Program-made: the position numbers and the translations under genes | NCBI GenBank assembly: GCA_964016885.1 | Contig: OZ024741.1 | Location: 136,896,001-136,960,000 of the forward strand | DNA from: Eledone cirrhosa | Lineage: Eukaryota | Reading direction: 5' to 3' | Length of the DNA: 64,000 bases | Notes under the pieces: model-generated | The model's input: the letters and a program-made list of their open reading frames with translations, nothing else | What the model was told of the DNA's origin: nothing | Databases searched by the model: none | Part shown: positions 1 through 11,720 of the stretch, piece after piece | How positions within the stretch are numbered: position 1 is the first letter of the stretch | Layout: the number at the start of each line of letters is the position of its first letter

Positions 1-204
1 TCTCGTTTATCTGAATAAATGGAGACCTTCACAGAAAAATAAAAATTCCTCATTACTCTGATCTGACTTTCTAAATCTAACTCTTTATGGAATGGAGACA
101 AACAAAAACATTTCTCATGCTGTAATACGATGAGAATTATTAAAAACTCTTAGATTAAATATATTTCTTCATTGTTTTGTTGAATTATTTTTTTTCTTTT
201 ATAA

Positions 205-305
205 AGGAGGAGTTTAGTGGTTAGAGTGTATGGCCTCACGATCATAAAGTCGTGGGTTTAATTCCGTAACAAGGTAACACGTTATGAAAGACGCTTCATT
301 TCACG
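205..305 (+). mobile_element. tRNA-derived SINE head fragment
   Basis: A-box-like TTTAGTGGTTAGAG and B-box-like GGTTTAATTCC; resembles the SINE head at 53649. Confidence 0.5.
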
Positions 306-552
306 ATGGTTTTTTTTTTTTTTTTTTTTTTTAATTATAGGATTTAGACTTCTTTCATAAAACACGAGAAATCTCCTATGAGATACAACACGGTAGAAGA
401 CAAGCTAAACCTGGGTAGGCTGGAGCTATAATAACACCGGGGCTTCTATCATTAAATCATCCAAGAAACCTCTTATGAAATACAACTTCGTTGAAAACCA
501 GCTAAACCTACATGCGTGTGAACTGCAAATTTAATTTTGCATTTTTTCTCGG

Positions 553-603
553 GTGTTGTGTGTGTGTGCGTGCGTGCGTGTGTGTGTGTGTGTGTGTGTG
601 TGT
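553..603. repeat. (GT)n/(GCGT)n microsatellite
   Basis: Directly visible. Confidence 0.95.
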
Positions 604-611
604 TGTTTCGG

Positions 612-750
612 CAATTTACGTTCTGAGTTCGAATGCTGCCTTTCATCCTTACGAGGTCGATAAAATAAAGTACCAATCATATACTAGTGTTGATTTTATT
701 GACTTTCCTCTCCCACAACATTTCTCGTTTTGTGCCTAAATCAGAAATTA
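612..750 (+). mobile_element. SINE family A, 3' part
   Basis: GCCTTTCATCCTTACGAGGTCGATAAAATAAAGTACC core shared with copies at 2093, 7407, 41290(-), 53336 and 54540(-). Confidence 0.75.
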
Positions 751-1509
751 TAAAAGTTGGCCCATAAATTGCTTTACTATTCTAAAAGTTAACAATTTAT
801 TTTTTCATCAATAATTATGTTTTATTCATTATTTCAGATTTTGAAAATATGTTACCTGGAAAATGTTCATGTTTCCAGGTAACATATTGCTAAAAGAAAT
901 GTTATCAAATGTTTAAATACTAGTGTCATTTATCGGCCACCCTGTAAACTTTTATTTCGGATTTTGAAAATATGTTTCAAAATAAATTAATGTTAACCCC
1001 AAAAAATAAAAAGAAAGTTATTAAAGTTTTAAATGATAAAATCACCGTATGGTGGAGCATGGCCCTTGTTTGATGCCACTGTGTGGTATCTTGATCATGT
1101 GTCATTTACTATAGCCTCAGATCAATTGAATAGGCGGACACTGTTTGGAAACCTGTCAGATATAGCGTACCAGTAATTCAACTGGCCCGCATTGACACAC
1201 AGTGTAACACAGAAACTCACTGAGAATTACGTTAAGTTGACCCATGCCTTGTGAGTGAAATTGGGTAGACAGAAACCAGACCTGTGAACTCTCCCCGTCC
1301 GATGGGGAGATCACCCACCCACTTTGGGGTGGGTGCGAGATGTCTTCTCTTATCAAAATGGCTATAGCTTTCATTATGTAAAATCTCCTATTTTGCCTCA
1401 TTTCTCCCAGTTTGGGGGCGCTTTCATGGTACTCTCCGTTTGGGTTTCTAGAGGTTGGCAGGTCTGGAGAAACTGTTTGGAAGCCTATCGAATGAATTGT
1501 ACCTGTAAT

Positions 1510-1800
1510 ACAAAGGGGCCAGCCGTATCACATACTGTCATGCTGAATCTCCATCAGATCTACGTTAAGGGTACACGTTCTTGCGGAATACTCAGCCACT
1601 TACACTATAGCACAATATGTAGTGTACCTGTAATTTAAAGAGGCCAGCTTTGGTACACACTGTATCACATTGAATCTACCAGAGAATTACGTTAAGGATA
1701 CATGTGTCTATAGAATGCTCAGACACATACACGTTAATTTCATGGCTAGGTTGATCCGTTGATCGAACAACTGGAACACTCGCCGTCAAAACCGACGGCG
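1510..1800 (+). mobile_element. Dispersed repeat (SINE-like body), two partial tandem copies
   Basis: TGAATCT...TACGTTAAGG(G/A)TACA...CTCAG.CAC repeated at ~1544 and ~1672; partial third copy at ~1220. Confidence 0.5.
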
Positions 1801-1992
1801 GGCCTTTTGATTCCAAGATTACACCTTATTTATATTGATTAATTCATGATTAACAATTCATTATAAACAAATTGAGTGGTAAATAAACATATACATATAT
1901 ATTAGGTCTTAACATAATAGAATCAAATTCCTATTGTCATTGCTTCCGTCTCTTTCACACTAACAATTCTCATTATTATAAGCAAATGGTAA

Positions 1993-2185
1993 GGCGGTGA
2001 GTTGGCAGTATCGGTAGAGGGTCGGACACCATACTTTCCAGCATAGTTACGTCCCTTTGTGGTCTGAGTTCAAATCCCGTCGAGGTTAACTTTGCCTTTC
2101 ATCCTTACGGGGTCGATAAAATAAAGTACCAGTAATGTACTGGGTAATTGCTGGCCTTGTGCCAAAAGTAGAAACAATTATTATA
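1993..2185 (+). mobile_element. SINE family A, near full length
   Basis: tRNA-like head (TGGCAGTATCGGTAGAG, GAGTTCAAATCCC), family core and AT-rich tail. Confidence 0.8.
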
Positions 2186-2745
2186 AGCAAATGGGGGCCC
2201 ACGCGCTGGTCGCCCCGCAGCCCTGCGCATAGACACAAATTGAGTTATTAATGACAAAACAAATCAGCTTTGTTTTGTTCATTTTTGTTTACGAAAGGAT
2301 TAACATCCATCGAGGGATGATAGAGTCCATGAGAGTATGAAATGTTAACAAATATCAGTTTTATAATAAATGAATTATCTGAATAAAGAAATTCATTTTT
2401 TAAAAAGCTTGGTTGACGTACGAAGCATTAGGGAGTTTGAAATTTTAAAATATAGTCACCACAATGCAAATAACTATAAATAATAATTGAATAAATCGAG
2501 TGACGTACTCCTAAAGATGAAAAAGTGGATAGTAGGGACTCTTTTTCCTGGGGTACTTTACTCAATTCATTCAACTGTTATTTATGGTTGGCAATTATAT
2601 TTATAGGTATTTGCGTTGGGGGGATTATGTTTTCAAAAATAAAATTTTAAATAATCTTTTTTTAAACATAAAAAATGATTTCCTCAGCAGACAAATATAT
2701 TTGGCATAAAAAATAACTTAAAATAAATTGTAAAAAGTACATGAA

Positions 2746-3109
2746 GGAGCAGGCATGGCTGTGTAGTTATGGAGTTCCCTTCGCAATACATGTGTAGGTA
2801 TGGCTGTGTAGTTTAGGAGTACCCTTCGCAACATAGGTGCAGTTATGGTTGTGTGGTTAAAGAGCTCCCTTCACAACATAAGTGCAGTTATGGTTGTGGT
2901 TAGGGAGTTCCCTTTGCAATAAAGGTGTAGGCATCACTGTGTGGTTGAGATGTTCCCTTTGCAATAAAGATGTAGGCATGGCTGTGGTGAGAGTTCCCTT
3001 CGCAAACACGTGGTTCTGGGTTCAGTTCAGCTGTGCAGCACTTTAGGCAAGCATCATGTTGACCGATGCCTTATGAGTGGAATTTGGGAAACAGAAATTA
3101 CATAACCCC

Positions 3110-3110
<1 letters not shown>
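2746..3110 (+). mobile_element. SINE family B with tandemly amplified 5' head (~7 x ~40 bp)
   Basis: Repeats of G(T/C)AGGCATGGCTGTGTGGTT..GAGTTCCCTTCGCAA at 2749-3005, then B-box-like GGGTTCAGTTC and body GCCTTATGAGTGGAATTTGG (also seen at ~1246). Confidence 0.65.
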
Positions 3111-3169
<59 letters not shown>

Positions 3170-3226
3170 GACACACACACACACATACATACATACATAC
3201 ATACATACATACATACATACATACAT
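3111..3226. repeat. (AC)n/(ATAC)n microsatellite
   Basis: Directly visible. Confidence 0.95.
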
Positions 3227-3505
3227 AGCCTATCATAAACACCTGAAACCACACAACCAAGATACAAACAGAAAGCCTGAACCTGTATGGACGCGTAATT
3301 AAAAAATGAAATTTTGTTCCTGAGACGAAGTATCACACAGATCGCTGTAGTTATAAAATGCAACATAGAGAACAACTTCACACGACACCAGGCAGACTTA
3401 AAAGAAATACTAGAGAGGCGATTTAGAGATTCAAGATTTAAATCTCTAAACTCCAAACTACACCAGATGAAACAACACACAGCTACAGCAGAAAGACTAA
3501 AATAA
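3227..3505 (+). pseudogene. Fragment resembling the pre-RT region of R4/Dong-type non-LTR retrotransposons
   Basis: Translation EPVWTRN*KNEILFLRRSITQI...LHQMKQHTATAERLK resembles the P.W.RRL...I..LR..I / LKQ...A...RL pattern as I recall it; not searched. Confidence 0.35.
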
Positions 3506-6500
3506 TTAGCTGCTATTTCTAGTACACCTATGCGCCAGTATTAGGTTCTCATACTTAGCTGCTAATCCTAGCACACCTTTGGACCGCCATGAGGTTAGCC
3601 CTATTTAGCTGCTATTTCTAGCATACCTATGATCCATCATGAGGTTCCTATTTGTAGCTGGACATTTCTAGCAAACCATTGGACCACCATGAGGTTCCCC
3701 TTGTTTAGCTGATGTAGCTGCTATTTCTAGCACACTTATGGACTAGCATGAAGTTCCCCCTATGTAGCTGCTATTTCTAGCACACCTATGAACTACATTA
3801 ATTCACTCCTGCTTAACTGATGTAGCTGCTATTTCTAGCACTCTTATGGACCAGCATGAGGGTACCCCCTATTTAGCTGCTATTTCTAGCACAGCTATGG
3901 ACCACCATGAGGCTCCCACTATTTAGCTGCTATTACTAACGCACCTATGGACCACCATGAGGTTCCCTTCCCTATTTAGCTGCTATTTCTAGCACACAGA
4001 TGGACCACCATGTGCTTCCACCATTTTAGCTGCTATTTTTAGCACACCTATGGACCAAGATGAGGTTCCGCTTGTTCAGCTGCTATTTCTAGAAAACCTA
4101 TGAACCGTCAAGCGGTTGCCCTATCTAGCTACTATTTCTACGACACCTATGAACCACCATGAAGTTCCTCTTGTTTAGCTGATGTAGCTGCTACTTCTTG
4201 CACACCGGGCCGCCATGGATTTCCCCCTATTTAGCAGATAATTCTAGTACACCTATGGAGTAGGTGTGCTAGAAATAACAGCTAAAAGTAGGAACCTCAT
4301 GGTGGTCCATAGGTGTGCTAGAAATAGCAGTTAAATAGGTGGAACCTTTTGGTGGTCCATAAATGCGCTAGAAATAGCCGCTAAAAACGGGAATATCCGT
4401 CGTGGTCCATTAGTGAGCTAGGAATAGCAGCTACATCAGCTAAACAGGGGAACCTTATTGAGGTCCATAGCTGTGCTAGAAATAGCAGCTAAAGAAGAGG
4501 ATCCTCATTATGGTCTACAGGTATGCTAGAAATAGCAGTTAAATACTGGAACCACATGGTGGTCAATAGGTGTGCTAGAAATAGCAGCTAAATAAGGATA
4601 ACATATGCTGATCCAGAGGTGTGCTAGATATAGCAGGAAAATAGGGGTAAATTATGGTGGTCAATAGGTGTGCTAGAATTACAGCTAACTAGGTAGAACC
4701 TCATGGTGGTCAATAGATGTGCTAGAAAAAGTAGCTAAGTAGGAAGAACATCATAGTGGTGTCTGTGTGTGCTAGAAATAGCAGTTAAATAGTGGGGAAC
4801 AATGGTGGTCCATAGCTGTGCTAGAAATAGAAGCTAAATAAAGGGAACCACATGGTGAATCATAGGTGTGCTAGAAAGAGCAGCTAAATCCATATATGCG
4901 CTAAAAAAAGCAGATAAAAAGTGGAAACCACATTTTGGTCCATTGGTGTGCTAAAAATAACAACTTAACAGAGGTAATCTTATGGTGGCCTATGGGTGTG
5001 CTAGAAATAGCAGTTAAATAGAGGAAGCTCCTGGTTATGCATTTGTGCTAGAAATAGCAGCTAAATTGGGGGAAACCTCATTGTTAACAAGGTGTGCTAA
5101 AAATAGAAAGAAATACGGTGAACCTGATGGTGGTACAAAGGTGTGCTAGAAATAGCAGTTAAATGGGGGGAACCTCATATTAGTCTGTAATTGTGCTAAA
5201 AATATCAGTAATAAAAGTGCTGGTCCGTAGGTGTGATAGAAATAGCAGCTAAAAAGAGGAACATGATGGTGGTCACAGGTGTGCTTGAAATAGCAGTTAC
5301 ATATGTGGGACCTTATATTAGTCCATAAATGTCCACAAGGGTCCTAGAAATAGCAGATAAATCGCGGGAGCATATTGGTGGTAAATAGGTGTGCTAGAAA
5401 TAGCAGCTTAAATAGGGGGCACTACATGGTGGGCCATATGTGTGCTACAAATAGCATCTAAATTAGGGAACCACAGGCTGGTCTATAAGTGTGCTAGAAA
5501 TAGCAGCTACATCAGCTAAACAGGAGGAATCTTATGGTCATCTATAGCTGTGCTAGAAATAACAGCTAAATAGAGGGAACCTCATGCTGGTCTATAAGTG
5601 CAGCTAAAAGCTAAACAATAGGTTCCTCCTGTTTAGCTGATATAGCTGCTATATCTAGCACATTTATAGACCAACATGAAGGATCCCCTGTTTAGCTGCT
5701 ACTTCTAGCACACCTATGTACCACCATGAATTTCCTCCTACTCAGCTGCTATTTCTAGCACAGCTATGGATGACCATAAGGTTCCTTTTGTTTAGCTAAT
5801 GTAGCTGCTATTTCTAGCACACTTATGGACCAGCATGAGTTCCCCCTATTTAGCTGCTATTTCTAGCACACATATGGCCCCACCATGTGGTTTCCCCCAT
5901 ATTTTGCTGCTATTTCTAGCACATCTATGCACCATCATTATGTTCCCCTGATTTAACTGCTATTTCTAGCACACCTATGAACCACAATTAGGTTCCTCCA
6001 TTTAACTGCTATTTCTAGCACACCTACGGACCACCATGAGGTTCCTTTTTTAGCAGCTATTTCTAGCACACCTATAAAACAACCATTTAGTTGCTATTTC
6101 TAGAACACCTACGGAAGACCATAAGGTTTCCTTTTTAGCTGCTATTTCTATCACACAGACAGACCTGTTATTTCTAGCACAACTATAGACCAACATGTGG
6201 TTTCCACTATTTAGCTGTTATTTTTAGCACCCATGTGGACCACCATAACTTCCACCCTATTTAGCTGCTATTTCTAGCACATCTATGCACCACCATAAGG
6301 TTCCCTCTATTTAGCTGCTATTTCTAGCACACTTATGGACCAACATTATCTTCCCCCTATTTAGCTGCTTATTTATGAAAGCTGTTATTTGTAGCACACC
6401 TATTAACCACCATAGTGCTCCTCCTATTTTGCTTCTATTTCTAGCAAAACTCTGGACCACCATCTTTCTCCCCCTTATTTAACTGCTATTTCTAGCACAT

Positions 6501-9500
6501 CTGTGGACCACCTTGTGGTTCCTACTTTTTAGCTGGTATTTCTAGCACACTATATGAGCACCATGAGGTTCCGCCTATTTAGCTGCTCTTTCTAGCACAC
6601 GTATAGACCACTATAATGTTTCCCCTATTTAGTTGCTATTTCTAGCACACCTACGGACCACCATTAGGATCCTCTAATTTACCTTTGTAGCAGCTATTTC
6701 TAGCACATTTATGGACTAACATGAGGTTCCACCTATTTATCTGCTTATTCTAGCACACATAATTACCTCCATGGAGTTCCCTTTATTTAGCTGCTATTTT
6801 TAGCGTACATATGGACCACCATGATGTCCCCCCTATCTGCTGTTTCTAGCACACCTATGGACCACCATGTTAATCCCCTATTTAGCTGCTATTTCTAGCA
6901 CACCTACAGACCATCATAAGTTACCTCATATTTCTAGCACACTTATGGACCAATATGATGTTCCCCCTATTTAGCTGCTATTTCTACCATATTTATGGAC
7001 CACAATGAGGTTCCCTCTATTTAGCAGCTATTTCTAGCTCACCTATGGACCACCATGTGGTTCCATCTATATAGCTGCTATTTCAAGCACATATGAGGAC
7101 CACCTTGAACTTCCCTCTATTTAGCACACCTATGGACCGCTATGCAGTTGTTCCTATTTATCTGCTGTTTCTAGCATACATATGGCACACACTGAGATGT
7201 CCCCCTGTTTAGCTGCTATTTCTAACACACCTATGAACCACCATGAGGTTCCCCCTGTGTTGCTGATTTAGCTGCTATTTCTAACACACCTATCAATCAC
7301 AGTGTCGTTCTTCATAATTAGATGCTTTTTTTAGTATACCATTATATGGGCAGCAAAGAGTTACGGCCCTTTATGGTCTGAGTTCAAATCCCACCGAGGT
7401 TAACTTTGCCTTTCATCCTTATGGGGTCGGTAAAATAAAGTACCAGTAATACACTGAGATAATTGCTGGCCTTGTACCAAAAGTAGAAACAATTATATGG
7501 TTCCGCTTGTTTAGCTTTGTACCTGCTATTTCTAGCTCACCTATGGACCACTATGACGCTCCCCCTATTTTCCCTATTTACTTGCTATTTCTAGCACATT
7601 TATGGACCCTTATGAGGTTCAATTATTTAGCTGCTATTTCTAACATACCTACGGACCACCATGAGTTTACCTCTGTTTAGTTGATGTAGCTGCTGTTTCT
7701 AGTACACCTATAGCCCATCATGAGGTTCCTTCATTCAGCTCATATTTCTAGCACACCTGCAGACCACCTTTTTAGCTACTATTCCTGGCACACTTATTAA
7801 TCACCAAGTTGTTTCCTCTATTTAACTCCTTTCTCTGGCACACCTATGGACCACAATGAGATTCCCTCAATTTAGCTGCTATTTCTAGCGAACGTATTGT
7901 GAACCATGAGGTTCTGTCTATTTAGCTTCTATTTCTAGCACACCTGTGAACCACTGTGTGGTTTTCCCTGTTTAGCTGCTATTTCTAGCATACCTATGGA
8001 TTACCATGATGATTCCTCTATTTAGCTGATATTTCTAGCACACCTATGGAACACCATGACGTTCCCACTATTTGCTGCTATATTTAGCACACCTGCGAAT
8101 GACTATGAGGTTCCCCCTGTTTAGCTGATATTTCTAGCGAACCTATTGTGTACCATGATGTCCCCCTACTTAGCTTCTATTTCTGGCATACCTGTTGAGC
8201 TTATGTAGCTTCTACTTCTAGCAAACCTATAGACCACTATGATGTTTCTATTTAGCTGCCATTCTATTTAGCTGCCATTTCTACCTCAATTATTGACCAC
8301 TATGAGGTTTCCCCCTATTTAGCTGCTATTTCTAGCACATCTATGGATCACCATGATGATCCATCTATTTAGCTTCTATTTCTAGCTCACCTATGGACCA
8401 CAATGAGGTTCCTGCTGTTTAGCTGCTATTTCTAGCATCCTATGAACCACCATGAGGTTCCCTTCTTTAGCTGATATAGCTGCTACTTCTAGCAAACATA
8501 TGGACCACACTAATGTTTCCCCTATTTAGCTGCTATTTCTACCTCAATTATGGACCATTATGATGTTTCCCCTTACTTAGCTGCTATATTTAACACACCA
8601 ATAGACCACCTTCATGTTCCCTCTGTTTTGCTGCTATTTCTAGCACACCTATAGACCGCTGTGAGGTTGCTCTATTTATCTGTTATTTCTACCACACATA
8701 TGGACTACCACGAGGTTCTCCCTCTTTAGCTGTTATTTCTAACAAACCTATGAACCACCATGCGGTTCGCCTTGTTTAGCTTTGTAGCTGCTATTTTTAG
8801 CACATTTATGGACCACTATGAAGCTCACGCTATTTACCTGCTATTTCTAGTACATCTGTGGACCACTATGAGGTTCCCACTGTTTAGCTGATGTAGCTGC
8901 TATTTCTAGCATACTTCTGGAACAGCATGAGGTTTCCTCTATTTAGCTGCGATTTCTAGCACACCGTAGATGACGGTCAGTTTCCCCCTATTTACCTACT
9001 ATTTCTAGTACATCTTTGGGCCACCATGAGGTTCCCCCTGTCTAGCTGCTATTTCTAGCACACCTATGGACCACAATATATAACTGATATAACTGCTATT
9101 TCAAGCACACTTTTGGACCACCATGAGGTTCCTTCTTTTAGCTGCTATTTCTAGTACAACTACAGAGAAGCATGAAGTTACCCTATTTAGCTGCTATTTC
9201 TAACACACCTATGCACCACCATGAAGTTCCCCGTTTAGCTGATATAGCTGCTGTTTCTAGCACACCTATGGACCACCATGAGGTTCCCCTTGTTTAGCTT
9301 TGTAGCTGCTATTTCTAACACTTATGGACCACTATGAAGCTATTTACCTGCTATTTCTAGCACACCTATGGACCACCATGAAGTTCCACCTAATTAGCTG
9401 CTATTTCTAGCACACCTATTGACCACAATGAGGTTTCCCCTATTTAGCCGCTATTTCTAGCATACCTGCGGACCAGCATGAGTTTCCTCCTGTTTAGCTG

Positions 9501-10135
9501 ATGTAGCTGCTATTTATAGCACAGCTATAGACCACAATGAGGTTCCCCTCATTTAGCTGCTATTTCTGGCACACCTATGAATCACCATGAGGTTCCCGTA
9601 TTTAGCTGATATAGCTGCTACTTCTAACAAATCTATGGACCACCATGATGTTTACCCTACTTAGCTGCTATTTCTACTTCAATTATGGACCACTATGACC
9701 TTTCCCCTTATTTAGATGCTATTTTTAGCACACCTATGGTCCACCTTGATATTCCCTCTATTTAGTTGCTATTTCTAGTACATTATGGCCGCTATGCGGT
9801 TGCTCAATTTATCTGCTATTTCTACCACAATGAGGTTCTCCCTCTTTAGCTGCTATTTCTAATATACCTATGAACCACAATGAGTTTTCCCCCCGTTTAG
9901 CTGATATAGCTGCTGTTTCTAGCACATCTATGGACCACCATGAGGTTCCCCTTGTTCAGCTTTGTAGCTACTATTTCTAGCACACCTATGGACCATTATG
10001 AAGTTCCTGCTATTTCTAGCACATTTGTGGACCACCATGAGGTCCCTCCTGTTTAGTTAATATAGCAGCTATTTCTAGCATACTTCTGAAGCAACATGAG
10101 GTTCCCTCTATTTAGCTGCTATTTCTAACTACGAA
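3505..10135. repeat. Tandem satellite, ~50-bp monomer (59-bp variant with extra GATGTAGCT), roughly 125 units, inverted block ~4260-5618
   Basis: Consensus TTTAGCTGCTATTTCTAGCACACCTATGGACCACCATGAGGTTCCC(C)CTA; 50-bp period measured 3872 to 3922. Confidence 0.95.
7350..7491 (+). mobile_element. 5'-truncated SINE family A inserted in the satellite
   Basis: Family core present; 9-bp TSD ATTATATGG at 7341-7349 and 7492-7500. Confidence 0.85.
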
Positions 10136-10169
10136 CCATTAACCATACATACATACATATGTATATATG

Positions 10170-10290
10170 TCCACACTGTAAACGTGGTTAGTGTTAGGAA
10201 GGGCATCCAGCCGTAGAAAATCTGCCAAATAGTCCTATACAAGCGAGACACGGTCACCCGACCAATCTTGCCTCAAGTGGGACAATTCCC
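10170..10290 (+). mobile_element. RTE LINE 3' UTR fragment
   Basis: CCACACTGTAAA..GGTT.GTGTTAGGAAGGGCATCCAG...TCTTGCCTCAAGTGGGA matches the reverse complement of ~55470-55572. Confidence 0.75.
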
Positions 10291-10698
10291 GCGTGTGTAT
10301 GCATACTTACGTGTACGTATGCATACTTACTTTTGCGTGTCAGCTGTGCTAGAGCGAGAAATAAAATTCTTATTTTATTTTAATATATAAATATATATAT
10401 ATATAAACAACAGGTGTAAGTCAACAGGTTAAAATTAACTTCGCTTATTCATATTTGGTGTAATATATATTTCAGTGATAACCATTATTCAACAACTATG
10501 ACCTTATCAGATAGCTAAAACTTGAACAGAAAAAACAGAAAAACATAATGGTGGAACAAACTTTACCTCCCTTGTTTGGTCCTTTGATATGCCAACCCGA
10601 AGTAAGGTATTGTTTTCGCAAGAACTGGTGGCGTGTATGTGTGTATATATATATATTCTCAGATGTGAGAAAAACCACAGACCCTCCATCTCAACTCA

Positions 10699-10736
10699 CC
10701 TTTTGAAAAGCAGAAGAACTGCGAAACCGGTAAAGG
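10699..10736 (+). ncRNA. Minimal type-I hammerhead-like motif (Penelope type), U3-A8 core variant
   Basis: CCTT-TTGAAAA-GCAG aagaa CTGC-GAAA-CCGG-TA-AAGG, followed by AATAAA. Confidence 0.5.
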
Positions 10737-10806
10737 AACCAAATAAATATATATATATATTTTTTTAAATAAGACTCCAGTTGCATTTTCGATTTCATCT
10801 CTTTTT

Positions 10807-10810
<4 letters not shown>

Positions 10811-10862
<52 letters not shown>
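10811..10862. repeat. (AT)n microsatellite
   Basis: Directly visible. Confidence 0.95.
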
Positions 10863-10867
<5 letters not shown>

Positions 10868-10913
10868 TTGCAAGGTTTTTTATATGAAATCATGTGTCGA
10901 AAGAAATATTGTT

Positions 10914-11260
10914 ATACTTGGGGAGGGTCATATTGTTGTAATAATATTGCCAGAAATAATAACAGAACACACTCACTGTTTGGTTGGTTTTCGCTTCTGT
11001 ATCTTTTATATCTCGATAGTTAATTTATTTGGCAATTAATTGTTTCTACTTTAGGCACAAGGCCAGCAATTACCCGGTTCATTACTGGTACTTTGAACTG
11101 GGTAATTGCTGGCCTTGTGCCTAAAGTAGAAACAATTAATTGCCAAATAAATTAACTATCGAGATATAAAGATACAGAAGCGAAAACCAATCAAACAGTG
11201 AGTGTGTTCTGTTATTATTTCTGGCAATATTATTACAACAATATGACCCTCCCCAAGTAT
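10914..11260. repeat. Near-perfect inverted repeat, ~167-bp arms, 12-nt spacer; third arm copy at ~11380-11510
   Basis: 10914-11081 is the reverse complement of 11094-11260 with few mismatches; centred on a SINE family A tail. Confidence 0.92.
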
Positions 11261-11720
11261 TTATTTGGCAATTAATGTTTATCATTGATTCACCAATGGT
11301 TAAAAATACAGATATGAATATATATATATAATATATATATATTTATATATATATATATATATAGTCAATGATAAACATTGATTGCCAAATAAATTAACTA
11401 TGGAGATATAAAAGATACAGAAGCGAAAAACAACCAAACAGTGAGTGTGTTCTGTTATTATTTCTGGGAATATTATTACAACAATATGACCCTCCCCAAG
11501 TATAACAATATATATATATATATAAATATAAATTAGCGAGAATCGTATTTCAGCTCAGGAATTAACGAAAATCAACGTCCGATATGTGTGGCAAGCGCTC
11601 GATGATTCATGTGAATCAGAGCTACAACATACGTTAAGGGCCAAACACACTGAGATGATGGTTAAACAGATCATCCGCACAGTCAAAACAAGCGACCAAG
11701 TAATTCGGGTCAAATATATA

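Noticed and set aside
3505-10135. CRISPR-like array (constant motif plus variable part)
   Set aside because: The variable halves are homologous to each other rather than unique spacers; no cas genes; eukaryotic context.
11586-11720. N-terminal extension of the RTE ORF
   Set aside because: Homology begins only after the (AT)n junction at ~11721; the upstream frame is fortuitous.
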